Positions 13,171 to 24,264 of a DNA stretch of 64,000 nucleotides are shown here, piece by piece. Source of the DNA: Vicugna vicugna (taxonomy: Eukaryota). The DNA lies in contig MU062559.1 of NCBI GenBank assembly GCA_013265495.1, forward strand, positions 5,084,215 to 5,148,214, written 5' to 3'. Every line of letters begins with the position of its first letter. Position 1 is the stretch's first letter. The position numbers and the translations under genes were made by a program. The notes under the pieces were generated by a model. The model was not told where the DNA came from. It saw only the letters and a list, made by a program, of their open reading frames with translations, and did no database searches.

Positions 13171-13939
13171 ACTCTAAACTCTTCCCTGCTCTGAGGTCAT
13201 GTTCAATTTGTAAAACTTCTGATTCACACTTTTTGTTCTCCTTAATTTGCTTACCGTTTGGCATTTTCTGCCACTGCCTTGGTAGCCCATCCACTTAAGG
13301 ATAAAGAGAGGAAAATTTTTTTCAGAATTTTTGTGTTTTATTAAATGTTTCAAACATACGCAAAAGTTGAAAGGACATATTTATAGGAAAATGCTATTTT
13401 TACAGGTAAACGAAGTAAAATGTCATTTGAAGTGTGAAATGTAGAAATTACAAGCCTGTTGCTTTAACATAACTTTTAAAATATTCTTATACACACTGTG
13501 TACATCATAATTCTAGAGAATATACTATTTTACAGACTTTCCACTCAGAGTGTGAGCATTTTTCTCTGTCCCTTAGCCTTTACAGATAGTTCACAATGAT
13601 TTTGTACAATGAATAATTATTGGTTTGTTAAATATGTTGCTTCATTTTTTTAAAAAAAAAAAAGTAAAACAGTGGTGAAAATCCTGCCACAAATTGTTGG
13701 GGTTGTCTTGGAATATCATTTTTCTGTGCTTTTAGATTAAGAATCTCTGCATTTGTTTCCTGGTATGTGAGAATTTTACTATAATGTGGTTCTTTAGAAA
13801 GCTAGCCTTATCAATAATACCAAGTCCTTAACTTGGGGTTGAAGGTAAACCTGCTCTTTGTACTGACAGATGAATGAGAACAGGACTGCTGGCTGTCATG
13901 GGATTGTCCATCCATCACTCTCTGAGTTGTTCAGTATGA

Positions 13940-14133
13940 GATCTGTGAGCCACATGTAGTTATTTAAGATTAATTTGGTTAGAATTAAATGAAATGAAAA
14001 ATTCAGTTCCTCACAGTCAAACCAGCTGTATTTCACATGCTCAACAGCCACATGTGGCTAGTGGCTGCCATACTGGTAGCAGATACAGAACATTTTTGTC
14101 ATTGGAGAAAGTTCTGTTAAATAGTGCAGCTCT
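13940..14133 (-). mobile_element. MER3-like hAT-Charlie MITE
   Basis: aaaattcagttcctca...cacatgctcaacagccacatgtggctagtggctgccatact...agaaagttctgttaaatagtgcag. Confidence 0.8.
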
Positions 14134-14211
14134 AGGTCATTCTGACTGCTCAGTTTCTTAACTTTATAGCGACAAGGAAGAGCTGCTTCTTGCTTGTAGG
14201 ATTTTCTAGAG

Positions 14212-14419
14212 CAGAGGTCAGGAAATGTTGACTGCCTGGTTTTGTGTATAAAGTTTTATTGGAACATAGCCACACCCACTTGTTTATCTGTTATTTGTGG
14301 CTGCTTTTGTGCTGCGGTGGTGGAGCTGAGTGTTGAGTAGCTGTGACAGACCAAATGTGGCCCACAAAGCCTAAGTTAGTATTTACTCTGGCCCTTTACG
14401 AAAAAGTTGGCTGACCCCT
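14212..14419 (+). mobile_element. MER58A-like hAT-Charlie MITE
   Basis: taaagttttattggaacatagccacacccac...tggcccacaaagcctaa...ctggccctttacgaaaaagttggctgacccct. Confidence 0.85.
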
Positions 14420-14430
14420 TTTATCTAGAC

Positions 14431-14651
14431 CAGGGTTTTTGAACCTCTGCATTATTGACATTGTGGTTGTGCAGGGCTATCCTGTGCATTGTACTGTAGT
14501 AGGGTGTTAGCAGCGTCCTGGCCTCTGTCCACTAGGTGCTGGTGGCACCACCTACCCCCTCCCTCACCCAGTTGTGACAACCACATCTCTCTCCACGCAT
14601 TGCCAAGTGGCCGCGGGGGGGAGCAAAATCACCCCTGGCTGAGAACTACTA
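14431..14651 (-). mobile_element. MER20-like hAT-Charlie MITE
   Basis: cagggtttttgaacctc...ccagttgtgacaacc...gcaaaatcacccctggctgagaactact; flanked by atctagac / atctaaag (8-bp hAT-type TSD). Confidence 0.85.
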
Positions 14652-15574
14652 ATCTAAAGTGATGTGGCTTGACAGAACATTCCCTTATAATACTGTGTGA
14701 GAGTGCTCACTCTAGAACAAAATTCATTAAAAGAGCAGAGTAAATTAAAAGAGTAGTTTTTATGCTACTGTTCTTTAGCATTCCCTCCAGAAACAGAAGT
14801 GTTTTTTATAAAACATGATGAGTAACTAGAGTGGGCAGAGAAATGGAAGCCTGCTTTCTTTGTAAAACACTAGGTGACAGCAGGGGTTTTGTTGTTTGCA
14901 CTGTATGTGTAGATGTCATCGGTGTACACCCAGCTGAATCAGGCAAGAAGGGAGTTAATAAATGTTTATTAAAATTAATATGAATAAATACAGTAAATTG
15001 GTACTTATCTGTGTTACGATTGTTTATGATTTTAAGTGTCCATATAGGTTCCCACCCTTATTACCCAGAATAATTGAAGAACTGGTTATATTCATCTCCA
15101 TTAGAAATTAGAAGAATTGAATTAAATGTTAAGGCCTATAAAATTGTGTTCAGTTCTTTTAAGATGTGATGCTTGAATACTTCTCAGGGTGGGGATTTTT
15201 TTTCAAAGTTGTAGAAATGGCGATGTTAAGACATTACTCAGTTTGTGAGAATGTGGAGTACTATAGCATATTGGGCACAGGTTTTAATTCATAAGCAGTG
15301 TATAGTAATGTTTCTCAATTCTCAGTTTAGAAAGTAGAGCGAATTAGAATTGGGACAACTGCCTTTCAAAGAGAGTATCAAGTGTACCTCTATCTGATTC
15401 TTCAAATTAAGTTTAAAGATTGGTTTTGAAAGGAGTATGTAAAATATAAGTCACAGGTAATGGAGCATTTTATGGAAAAACATCCATGTGATTAAATACC
15501 TAGGAAGGTAAGACATTTTGACTACTAAATTCACATGAATTTTAGGTGAACTTGCTTGTTCCGTGCATGACGTA

Positions 15575-15738
15575 NNNNNNNNNNNNNNNNNNNNNNNNNN
15601 NNNNNNNNNNNNNNNNNNNNNNNNNNNNNNNNNNNNNNNNNNNNNNNNNNNNNNNNNNNNNNNNNNNNNNNNNNNNNNNNNNNNNNNNNNNNNNNNNNNN
15701 NNNNNNNNNNNNNNNNNNNNNNNNNNNNNNNNNNNNNN
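15575..15738 (+). CDS. UBE2H: Inferred position of the masked UBE2H exon 6 (expected 129 nt, [43 protein letters not shown]); not visible
   Basis: I did not find this peptide-coding sequence in the readable intron. The only N run between exon 5 and the terminal exon is 164 nt, enough for 129 nt plus both splice sites, and its flanks show no acceptor or donor. Inference only. Confidence 0.7.
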
Positions 15739-17699
15739 GCCTGGGGACAGAAGAACTTAAGTCTGTTGTGTTTTGATCATTAAAACCCTTCTTAGTTATT
15801 CATAATTTTTCTCAGGCATAAAAAGAGACGGCTGTGGGCTGGAGCAGAGTTCACTGGCCTCGGTAGCTAGGTTCGAGGGTCAGAGACACCTTTAAAAAGC
15901 TGGAGGTTTCAGCAAGGAAGAAGGGAAATAGAGAGAGAGGAAAAAAAAAGGGAAGTTGAGGAAGAGGGGTGTTTACTAACTGGGTGGTAGTAGACATAGC
16001 CCTGCCCAGAAATCCCTGTGACCACCTGTATGGAAGAACCTTTGCCTTCATTTGCTTCCTCTTGTCGTATAAAATTAGAAAATTGGACTTGAGAGTAAAG
16101 GATTAATTGAAAGGCATAATCTCACATTTGTTTACAAATGGAATTGTCCTGGCCCATCAGGACAGCAGTTAACTTTAGGAGTTGGGGAATAATTACCGAA
16201 TTCACTATTAGACTTTTAAAAAATTATATCATGTTATCTGTTGAGTAAAAAGTACCCAACTGGCTAACTGGCTGCTTTTCTTGGTCTCATACTGATATGC
16301 TTGTATATTGGGGAGTTTACATCTAGGCACATTTCTCTTCTACTGGCCCCAGTGCCCTGGAGCTGCGGATTTTTCTATTAAAACTTAAAATGTGCTATCA
16401 AAGTTTAGAAATGCGCGGCACTACTACATTTAGAAATTTGGTAGCACTAGTTGGCTCATCCTGTAAGATTTAGAATCCTGTTTTCCCATTCTTAGTTTAC
16501 ATGCTCATGGGAACAAACTTCGTTAAGATGAAAACGTGGTTCTGAAAGGACAGCTAAAGCTACACACAAGGTTGCCCTGTTCATCACATTGTCCTTTTAT
16601 CTCTGTGTATGTTTGAGAACTTTCATAGTGAAAAGTCTAGATACATAAAGCTCCACCAGAAAGGAGAGAAATTTAAAGTCCATGAAAATAGGCCTGCTCT
16701 TCTTAACAAATGGCTTAGCATGACTTGTTCATCTGCATAACCATTCAGAACGTCAGCTTCTACAAGGTATATGGCCCCTCTGAGCACGTTTGCAAGAGAT
16801 GGTAGTAGAAATAATTTATGAAAGCCCAGAATACATCGGTCTTTCCTCTTCTGTGATGGTATGAGACGAATGGGAGCATCTGAGGCTACTAAACTGTAGT
16901 TTTCCTTTTCTTCATTTTTTCATTCTTCCCTGGTCTCCTAGGATTTCATTTGGTACTTTTGTTGAGAATAAAGTAAAAATAAATTTACTGTAATTAATTT
17001 ACTTAGGGCTCAGGTGCTTTGCAAATTAATATCTAATTTATGTAGCAAAATATCGATAAAGGCAAAGAAACATATATTTAAAGAAAAACGTAGTCATTTT
17101 CGACCAGATAAAATCCTGTTATGAGACTGTATTAAAATTTTGACATAGCAGTCACTTAACAGTGTCTGCAACCCACAGATATCTCGGTGCAGAGCATATT
17201 TCTATAGTTCTTATATTCATTATGCCTCACTGTTTAACACTATTCCTGTTTTAGTTCCTATCTGCTATAGTCCCAATTACAAATGGAACCCAAACTACGT
17301 TTTTATCTTAGAACAGCAAGCTCTAGCTTAGGCTCTAGATTTCTGAAACATTAGTGTTGGCTATCATTAGTGATCTGAGGTCGGTCAGACCTGAGCTCAC
17401 CCCAACTTCCTACTGCTCCTTTATATATATTCCCCCCACCATCTTTTCTTTGTTGCTTCCTATGGAAAATAAGAGAGCCTGTCTTATTTCTCAGACCCAG
17501 GCCTCCACCAACCTGTGATCTTGGTCTCCCATTTATCCCCTTCTTCCTAGCATGTTGGTCTTCCTCCTCCATGTTACCGCCTCAGAGGTATCCCCATGTC
17601 AGAAGCCTTTATCTGCTCCTGTGGACTCCTTTAAGTCTTGCTGTTTATTTCCTTTAGTTTTCAAACTTCTCACTTCCTTGCCTTAAACTCCTGGGGTCT

Positions 17700-17990
17700 A
17701 GTTTTGTTTCTCCTCCCCTTCTGAATTTGTGACCCTCTCTCTCCCTAATCATTTAGACTTTTCTCAAGACCCGTTTTCCTGGACCTCTCTGCAAATATGG
17801 CCTTCCTGGCTCTCACAGGCTGCAGTCCTTTCCTCCTGCTTCCTTCTGATGGCACTTAGCAGCTGACTGTTTTTATCTTTGTCTGTGACTCCTGCTTATT
17901 AGTGACCTTGCTGTTCATTTTTCTATCTCCTGAAAGGCCTTGTCCCAGTAAGCACTTACGACACATTGGTCTCCTTGAATGTACTGAAGA
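17700..17990 (+). mobile_element. Degenerate L2-like fragment
   Basis: Pyrimidine-rich L2-like text (gacctctctgcaaatatgg...) ending ccttgaatgtactgaa; weak similarity only. Confidence 0.35.
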
Positions 17991-18216
17991 AGGCGCATAG
18001 CATCAAATTACAGTGTCAGAGTGCAGCAGCTTCTCTCTACAAAGGAAGAAAAAGTAGCCAATTTTAGAGAGTAAAAATAAAATTTCTAAGACTTTAATAA
18101 ACACTTTTCTCACTCTAAAAAGTAAATTAAGGTAAGTTTCTACCTAGCCAGGGGCTTTTGAAGTCTCATTATCTCAGCATAAAATTTTGTTATAATGAAT
18201 TTGTAGGGCTCTAAGT

Positions 18217-18350
18217 CAGAAGTCTGCAAACTTCTGTAAATGCCCAGATTTGGCCACATACAGTCTCTGTCATGCACTCTTCTTTTTCTCTTCCTTTTTT
18301 TAACAACCCTTTGAAAATATAAAAAACATTCTTAGCTGGCCCTGCACTAA
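18217..18350 (+). mobile_element. MER58C-like hAT-Charlie fragment
   Basis: gcaaacttctgtaaatgcccagat...ggccacatacagtctctgtc...acaaccctttgaaaatataaaaaacattcttagct. Confidence 0.75.
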
Positions 18351-19386
18351 ATTGTTCGGACTTGATCCTTTTACCTTCTCTTCTAGTCCCTGCAACTCCA
18401 TAGGACGAAAAACAAAGCACGAGGACACGAGGATATATTTTTCTGGATAGGATTCTGTCTCGTCTTTTCCTATTGTGTGAATAGGCTATTTACTTAAACT
18501 GTCTGCACCTGGACTTTTAGGAAAAAGCTTAATTGTTTATTTGGCAGTTCTTAAATTTTTTTTTCAGCTAACCTAGATTCAGCCTAGGCTATAGCAGCAT
18601 AAATCTTTAGGTAAATAAATAATAGGTAGTAATGTCACTCGGGCTAGCTGTGTCCCCAGAGAGCAGCTTGTTCCTGAGCAGCTGAGAGACTTTTTACCAG
18701 CTGCTTCAAAAACCTGACGGCAGGATCTGTTTAGACTCAAATCTCTTCCTAAAATAATAGACTTGGGCTGATGGTAATTACATAACTGTAGATCTAAATT
18801 GATGTGGGATTTCCTTGTAAATTACTGTGGAATCATAACTAGTCCTGTTCTATCTGGGGGGTGAATAGTTTAGTTAACCCAGAAAGTAAAAAGAAAGTGT
18901 AGGGCTTGCATTTCCCCAGTGCATCAAGTTTGGAGGAGTGCAGTAGCGTATCAGTAAGCAACAAGGGGCGAGTGAGAGGACGCCCTGGCTGGAGAACTGG
19001 GGGTTCTTCAACCCCAGACATCATCCTGGATGTCTGCCAGCTTTCCTGGGTCTTGCAGCCAAGGCCCGGGGTGGTCAGGCTGTCTTGTACACGTCCGTGA
19101 GGGAGGTGATGGCCCAGTGGTGACGCAGTGTATTTATTCCCCTGCAGATCAAGTGTTAAGCTTTGCCTCTTCTTACTTAAGGGGGCAAAGAGCATCAACT
19201 CCAAAGGCATCTCCCTGTGCAATTTTCCCCTTAGCTTTAGTGACTAGAATAACTGTCATCGTCTGCTTCCCCCCTGCCCACACCGCACGGGGAAAGCTTG
19301 GGGACTTGTCAGCTTTGGGGTTGTTGAAGCACAGGCCCACCTGCTCACTACCTTTGTGTTTTTTTTTATCCCCCAACCCTGTGCAG

Positions 19387-19511
19387 AGTACATCCAGAAA
19401 TATGCAACGGAGGAGGCACTAAAAGAGCAGGAAGAGGGCACCGGTGACAGCTCGTCGGAGAGTTCTATGTCTGNNNNNNNNNNNNNNNNNNNNNNNNNNN
19501 NNNNNNNNNNN
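19387..19511 (+). CDS. UBE2H: UBE2H terminal coding exon (exon 7); readable to 19473, stop codon inferred inside the N run
   Basis: ccctgtgcag|AG TAC ATC CAG AAA TAT GCA ACG GAG GAG GCA... = (E)[28 protein letters not shown]. The known protein continues DFSEDEAQDMEL*, which would end at 19511 if the mask is base-exact. Confidence 0.93.
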
Positions 19512-20731
19512 NNNNNNNNNNNNNNNNNNNNNNNNNNNNNNNNNNNNNNNNNNNNNNNNNNNNNNNNNNNNNNNNNNNNNNNNNNNNNNNNNNNNNNNNN
19601 NNNNNNNNNNNNNNNNNNNNNNNNNNNNNNNNNNNNNNNNNNNNNNNNNNNNNNNNNNNNNNNNNNNNNNNNNNNNNNNNNNNNNNNNNNNNNNNNNNNN
19701 NNNNNNNNNNNNNNNNNNNNNNNNNNNNNNNNNNNNNNNNNGGTCTGGATGCATGCATTCATAAGTCCATTTGGCCAAGTCAGCCTGTGTGCTACTGAAC
19801 TGTCAAAAGAAATAGCCGCTCTGATAGATAGACATGAGTAAAAATAACAGGAAAAAGTTGCTTCTTTTATTGATGGTTCCAAAGAAACATACCAAACCAA
19901 CCAGCTCTTGGACGTGAAGATAGAATAGTGCTTTTTCAAAATGGAAAGGAAAAAACTGGGGAGGAAAAGGCCTGCTGTGGGAGCATTTAGAGCCAGCCAC
20001 GTCAGAACTGGAGCTGCTCCTTCCTGTGTGCATCCTAGGTGGCCCCATTTCTGTGGAGTAACAATATAAAACAGGGAGCTAATTGGAGGATTGAAACTGA
20101 AAACAACTTTTTGACTTGGATTTTAAGTACATTTTTATATGTAGATTCCTGCCCTTCTCACTACCCGGCCCTGCAACCACAAGTGTTTTGCTTTGGAGAA
20201 CCTTTTGGAAGTGTTTTCTGAACCTGATTCTTTTTCTTGGGGGTAGAACTTGTAATCCAGACCTTTTTTGAGAGGACAGGACAGAAGGAGAAAAGTGACT
20301 GGGAAGATGTTTCCTTTCATCCAACACGTGCAGAGTCACATCCTCACCCTTTGCTGGCCACTTTGAGACTGCCACCCTGGACTGAGAGCTTTACATTTGA
20401 AGGAGGTTGTGGGGTTTTTGTTTCGGTTGTTTGGGGGGTTTTTTGTTTGTTTTTTTGGTGTGTGTGTGAATTGTGCTTAGACAGGTTGCAAATTTAATCC
20501 TCACTTACCAAGAGATGGCCTCCTCCTTGGACAGCTGCTCAGTGGACCATTAGACTTGGGAAGAAGACCCTTCTGGTGGCCGTGACTCCTAGGCACTCTT
20601 TCACGTTTTGATTTTGTTTTCCCTTCTGCTGCTGCTCTTGGCAGCAGCCTGGTCATCATCTGCTTGTGGGAGTGGGAAATGGGTATTTCAGACCCAACAC
20701 ACATTCTAAATTTAAAATGAGTAATAATTGG

Positions 20732-20741
20732 AATAAATAAA
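20732..20741 (+). terminator. Overlapping polyadenylation signals (AATAAATAAA)
   Basis: gAATAAATAAAggttcttgtacc within the UBE2H 3' UTR. Confidence 0.5.
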
Positions 20742-21643
20742 GGTTCTTGTACCCAAAGTGACTCTACATGAGAAAAACAAACACAGCTTTTTTTTCAGAG
20801 TGAGACTGAATAAGAGGAAAGGATTCAGAAATAGGATGTAGTAGAACAGGTTTTGAAGGAAGAAAATTTTCTCTCCTGTATATGTCAAGAGGAAATAAGA
20901 CAGTTTAAATGCCTGCTAATCAGATGTTTACTCAGCTAACCATATGTCCAGGTTGCTGGCAGAGTTTCTCCCAGATCCAAGTGTTGCCTGCTGAATTTGG
21001 AGAACTTCAGACAGTAGCTGTGTATTCTTTTTTGCCACAACCAGTAGGACAATAGCAGAATTAGCCAATCCTAAAATCTTCTAAAGATGATTTTGAATGT
21101 CCCACTGGGATAATTTTTCTTTCTGATGTGTGTTTTTTAGTTTAGAAGTGCTATATTCCACAAGATTTGAGTCAGTAAGGTTGGAAGATATCCTATCTTT
21201 TTTTATTCAAAAAGCACAATCAATCTTTTCTTTGAAAATCTATATAAAATACAACTTGCTTTTAGCATGATTATTTTCCTAAATAAAAAGCAAAGAATTT
21301 ACTTATTTTATGTTAATTACGGGCATGAAGCAAAAGGTTTTCTTTTTAAAAAAAATTAAAAGTGAGTTATGTAGGGCTGTGGTTAGTTAACTGTACTGAG
21401 GTATCTATCTAGCATTTGTGGCTTGTTGGAAGGGTAGTATTAACTATTTAACATGTAATGGTGTACTTTAACTCTTATCTAGCACGTTGTCTTCTCATTA
21501 CTTGGGGGAGGGAGGGTCTGTCTCTGCTGGCACTGTCTAACTTGCTTCCCTGCTGAATTAGCAGTTTGCTTGTGCTATAACCGTTATTTGTAGGTGCGAC
21601 TTAGGGTAGGCTTAAAGTGCTGGGTGGTGATTTGAGTTCAAAC

Positions 21644-21649
21644 AATAAA
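21644..21649 (+). terminator. Polyadenylation signal AATAAA
   Basis: caAATAAAaaattgtattttttcaatattgtata, with upstream TGTA elements and downstream T-rich sequence. Confidence 0.55.
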
Positions 21650-24247
21650 AAATTGTATTTTTTCAATATTGTATAAACAATAGTGTTCTAATTACCTTTC
21701 AAAAATAATGTCCATATAATAATTGCCTTTAATCTTGTCAAAAAAAAAAAAAACTAGTAGAACCAAGTTTAGGAAAGGTATGTGAGCAGTGCCACAGCTC
21801 TGCTCCCCGACTAAATCCATGTTTCTCTAACCTAAATACATCAGCTTGCCTGCAATCAAGAGCTCCAGCACTAGGAGTCTGGTGGTACAGAATTTCCAAA
21901 TGAAGATTTGTTGGGGGAGGTTGCAGGGGTTAAGAAGCAGACCTGAGCATGGCTGCAGTGTGTGTGCACGTGTGTGTGTGTCCATTCCAAGTCTGTGTGA
22001 TGAAGGCAGAATTAGGCTTCTATGTTAGCACTGGAAGCTAACGAATTGCTACCCAAATCACGCTGTACCCTCTCGTCCTGTGCAGGTCTGTCCTTTCTGG
22101 GCACTAACCTTGGTCCAATGCATGTTTTTGGCTCTGTGTGGAGCTCTTCCTCTCCACTGGGAAATTGACTTTTGGTGAGTTGAACGGAATCCCTTCTCAC
22201 AGTAACTTTTTATCCCTTCTCTGTGCCTAGGAGAGGTAGGAGTAGAAAGGAAGCTGGAAGAAGGCCTGGCTGTGACTGTGAGGACATTGGGCCCCCAATA
22301 ATAGACGGTAGAGTGAGTCTGGAGCAGGGAATGGTATGACATCAAAAGCCTTTCTAGGCTGTCCCATCATAACACTCAGAAGAAGCGTCCGGAGCCCCTC
22401 AGAAAGGCTGAACATTACTGCTCTTAAAGGTGGTGGTGGTGGGTCAGAGCTGCTTCTGGCAGTTTCCTTTCCCTTCCTTTCTTTAGTACCCATCGTTGTT
22501 GACACCCTACCTTGTGGTTTATCAGCGCAAGCCATTCTTTGTCCCTGTTCAAAGAACTAAGCTCAAGCTCTCGCCGAACATCAACAAGCAGGAAGGCTGC
22601 ACCACAGCAGTGTGGGATCGCTGCCCTCCAGCAGCCCCGCACCGGGGCCTCGTGGGTTGTTTCACAGCAGCCAACCTAGACACTGGCATTTTTGCTTTTC
22701 TGTCTTCAGTCACATCGCCCTCCTTGAGGTTACTGTGCAGTTTCAACCAGCATTTTATACTAGTAAGATAACTGTCAAAAGTTGCCATATCTCTCTCCAA
22801 TACCTAATATTTTTCTTCCACTTCAAAAGCTGTTCTGATTGCCAACTGGCTGATCTAAGCTCCAGAAGAGTGTCTCCCCTCGAAGGAATTTTTTCCCTCA
22901 AAAGACTCCCTGAAGCCCTAACTGGCCTTGGCCTGGCACTTGCTTTTTATTAGGCCTCCTATTGGGATGACTGAGAATCATGAAAGACAGATCCTCTGCT
23001 GGCCTCCATGGTGAAGTTGTTAGACAACCAAGTTTCCAGGAACTAGTGTTTGATTTTAAATGGCATGTGACCCTCTATGTTCTAGGGAATCAATTAGGAA
23101 ATTTGAAAGCCACTAACAAAAGTTAGTAAGAATTTTATTCATCTCATCAACTTCCTAACTGGGTTCATGGCCTTGTTGACTGAAAACAAGTCATTTCTGA
23201 TTGGGTGCAAAGACCTGCATTTCTTTGGACTTCTGAATCCATGTTCATATTTTCTCTGGCCAGTGAAGATCTTGGCGATTCCATTAGGGCCTGGAATGGA
23301 GTGGAGGCCCCTTGGGGAAGGGGAGTTAGCCCTCAGGTGTGCAGGCTCTCCACTCACCTGAGGAAGGGCCAGGACTCAATTCAGCAAATACTTGTCTTGG
23401 CTGTGGGCTTGGGAAGAAATGGCCATTATTTACTGATTGTATTTGGTACATATTGTGTGATACTTGAAGAGATAAAAGGGACTTACCAGCCCTTAATTGA
23501 AATCTAAGCTTTTTATCACATTTTTTCCTTGCCCGCCCTCCTCCCTTCCACCTTTTTCCTTGCATTGTGATGATATAGTGGGCACTTCTGTCAACNNNNN
23601 NNNNNNNNNNNNNNNNNNNNNNNNNNNNNNNNNNNNNNNNNNNNNNNNNNNNNNNNNNNNNNNNNNNNNNNNNNNNNNNNNNNNNNNNNNNNNNNNNNNN
23701 NNNNNNNNNNNNNNNNNNNNNNNNNNNNNNNNNNNNCCTGATTTTAAAAACATCCTCCCTGTTCATCCAGCTCCTCTGAGCAATGGACTTTGGCTTTTTT
23801 TTTTTTTTTTTAACTGAGAACTCTTAGAAGGCAGGTGACTGGGTTAGTTTGGGAAGGGAGTGTCACGTGTAAGCAGCAGTAACTGAGAGACCTTGTCTGT
23901 AGTCCTACCCCTGTACCTGGAGTGACAGGTGACTACTGGCTGTAAACAGCTGGCTCTGAGGCTTCACCAGAACCTTGAAAAGCCATCTGTTCTGTGATGT
24001 CCTGTAGCCTGAAGGACCCCACCTCCCCCCAGGTGGATCAGTATGACTCCTGTGTTGCTGTTCAGCCCAAACCTCTAGGCCATGTCAAGTAATGCTGAGG
24101 AAAGGGTACCCACCTGGCCTGGAGTTCACAGACAGTACAGCTTCCTGCCGGGCTGATCTGCCTCAACAGGGAAGAGGGAAGCCATGAGTGTTACATCTGA
24201 TGCCGATCACTGGATTTCAATTCCTCTCTAAAGTGTATGCCCACAAC

Positions 24248-24264
24248 AGCCACCAGATGGCGAT
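24248..24264 (+). promoter_or_regulatory. Candidate CTCF site (forward)
   Basis: GCCACCAGATGGCGA matches the CTCF core CCASYAGRKGGCR. Confidence 0.65.

Larger units (their letters stand above)
19512..23736 (+). other. UBE2H: UBE2H long 3' UTR (distal end uncertain)
   Basis: Stretch after the stop with no recognisable interspersed repeats, U-rich tracts and AATAAA at 20732, 21282 and 21644. The distal boundary is inferred from recall of a roughly 4 kb human UTR. Confidence 0.6.

Noticed and set aside
19356-19841. 161-aa ORF as a standalone gene
   Set aside because: Only 19387-19473 is real UBE2H coding sequence; the upstream start is intronic and the extension runs through Ns that hide the stop.
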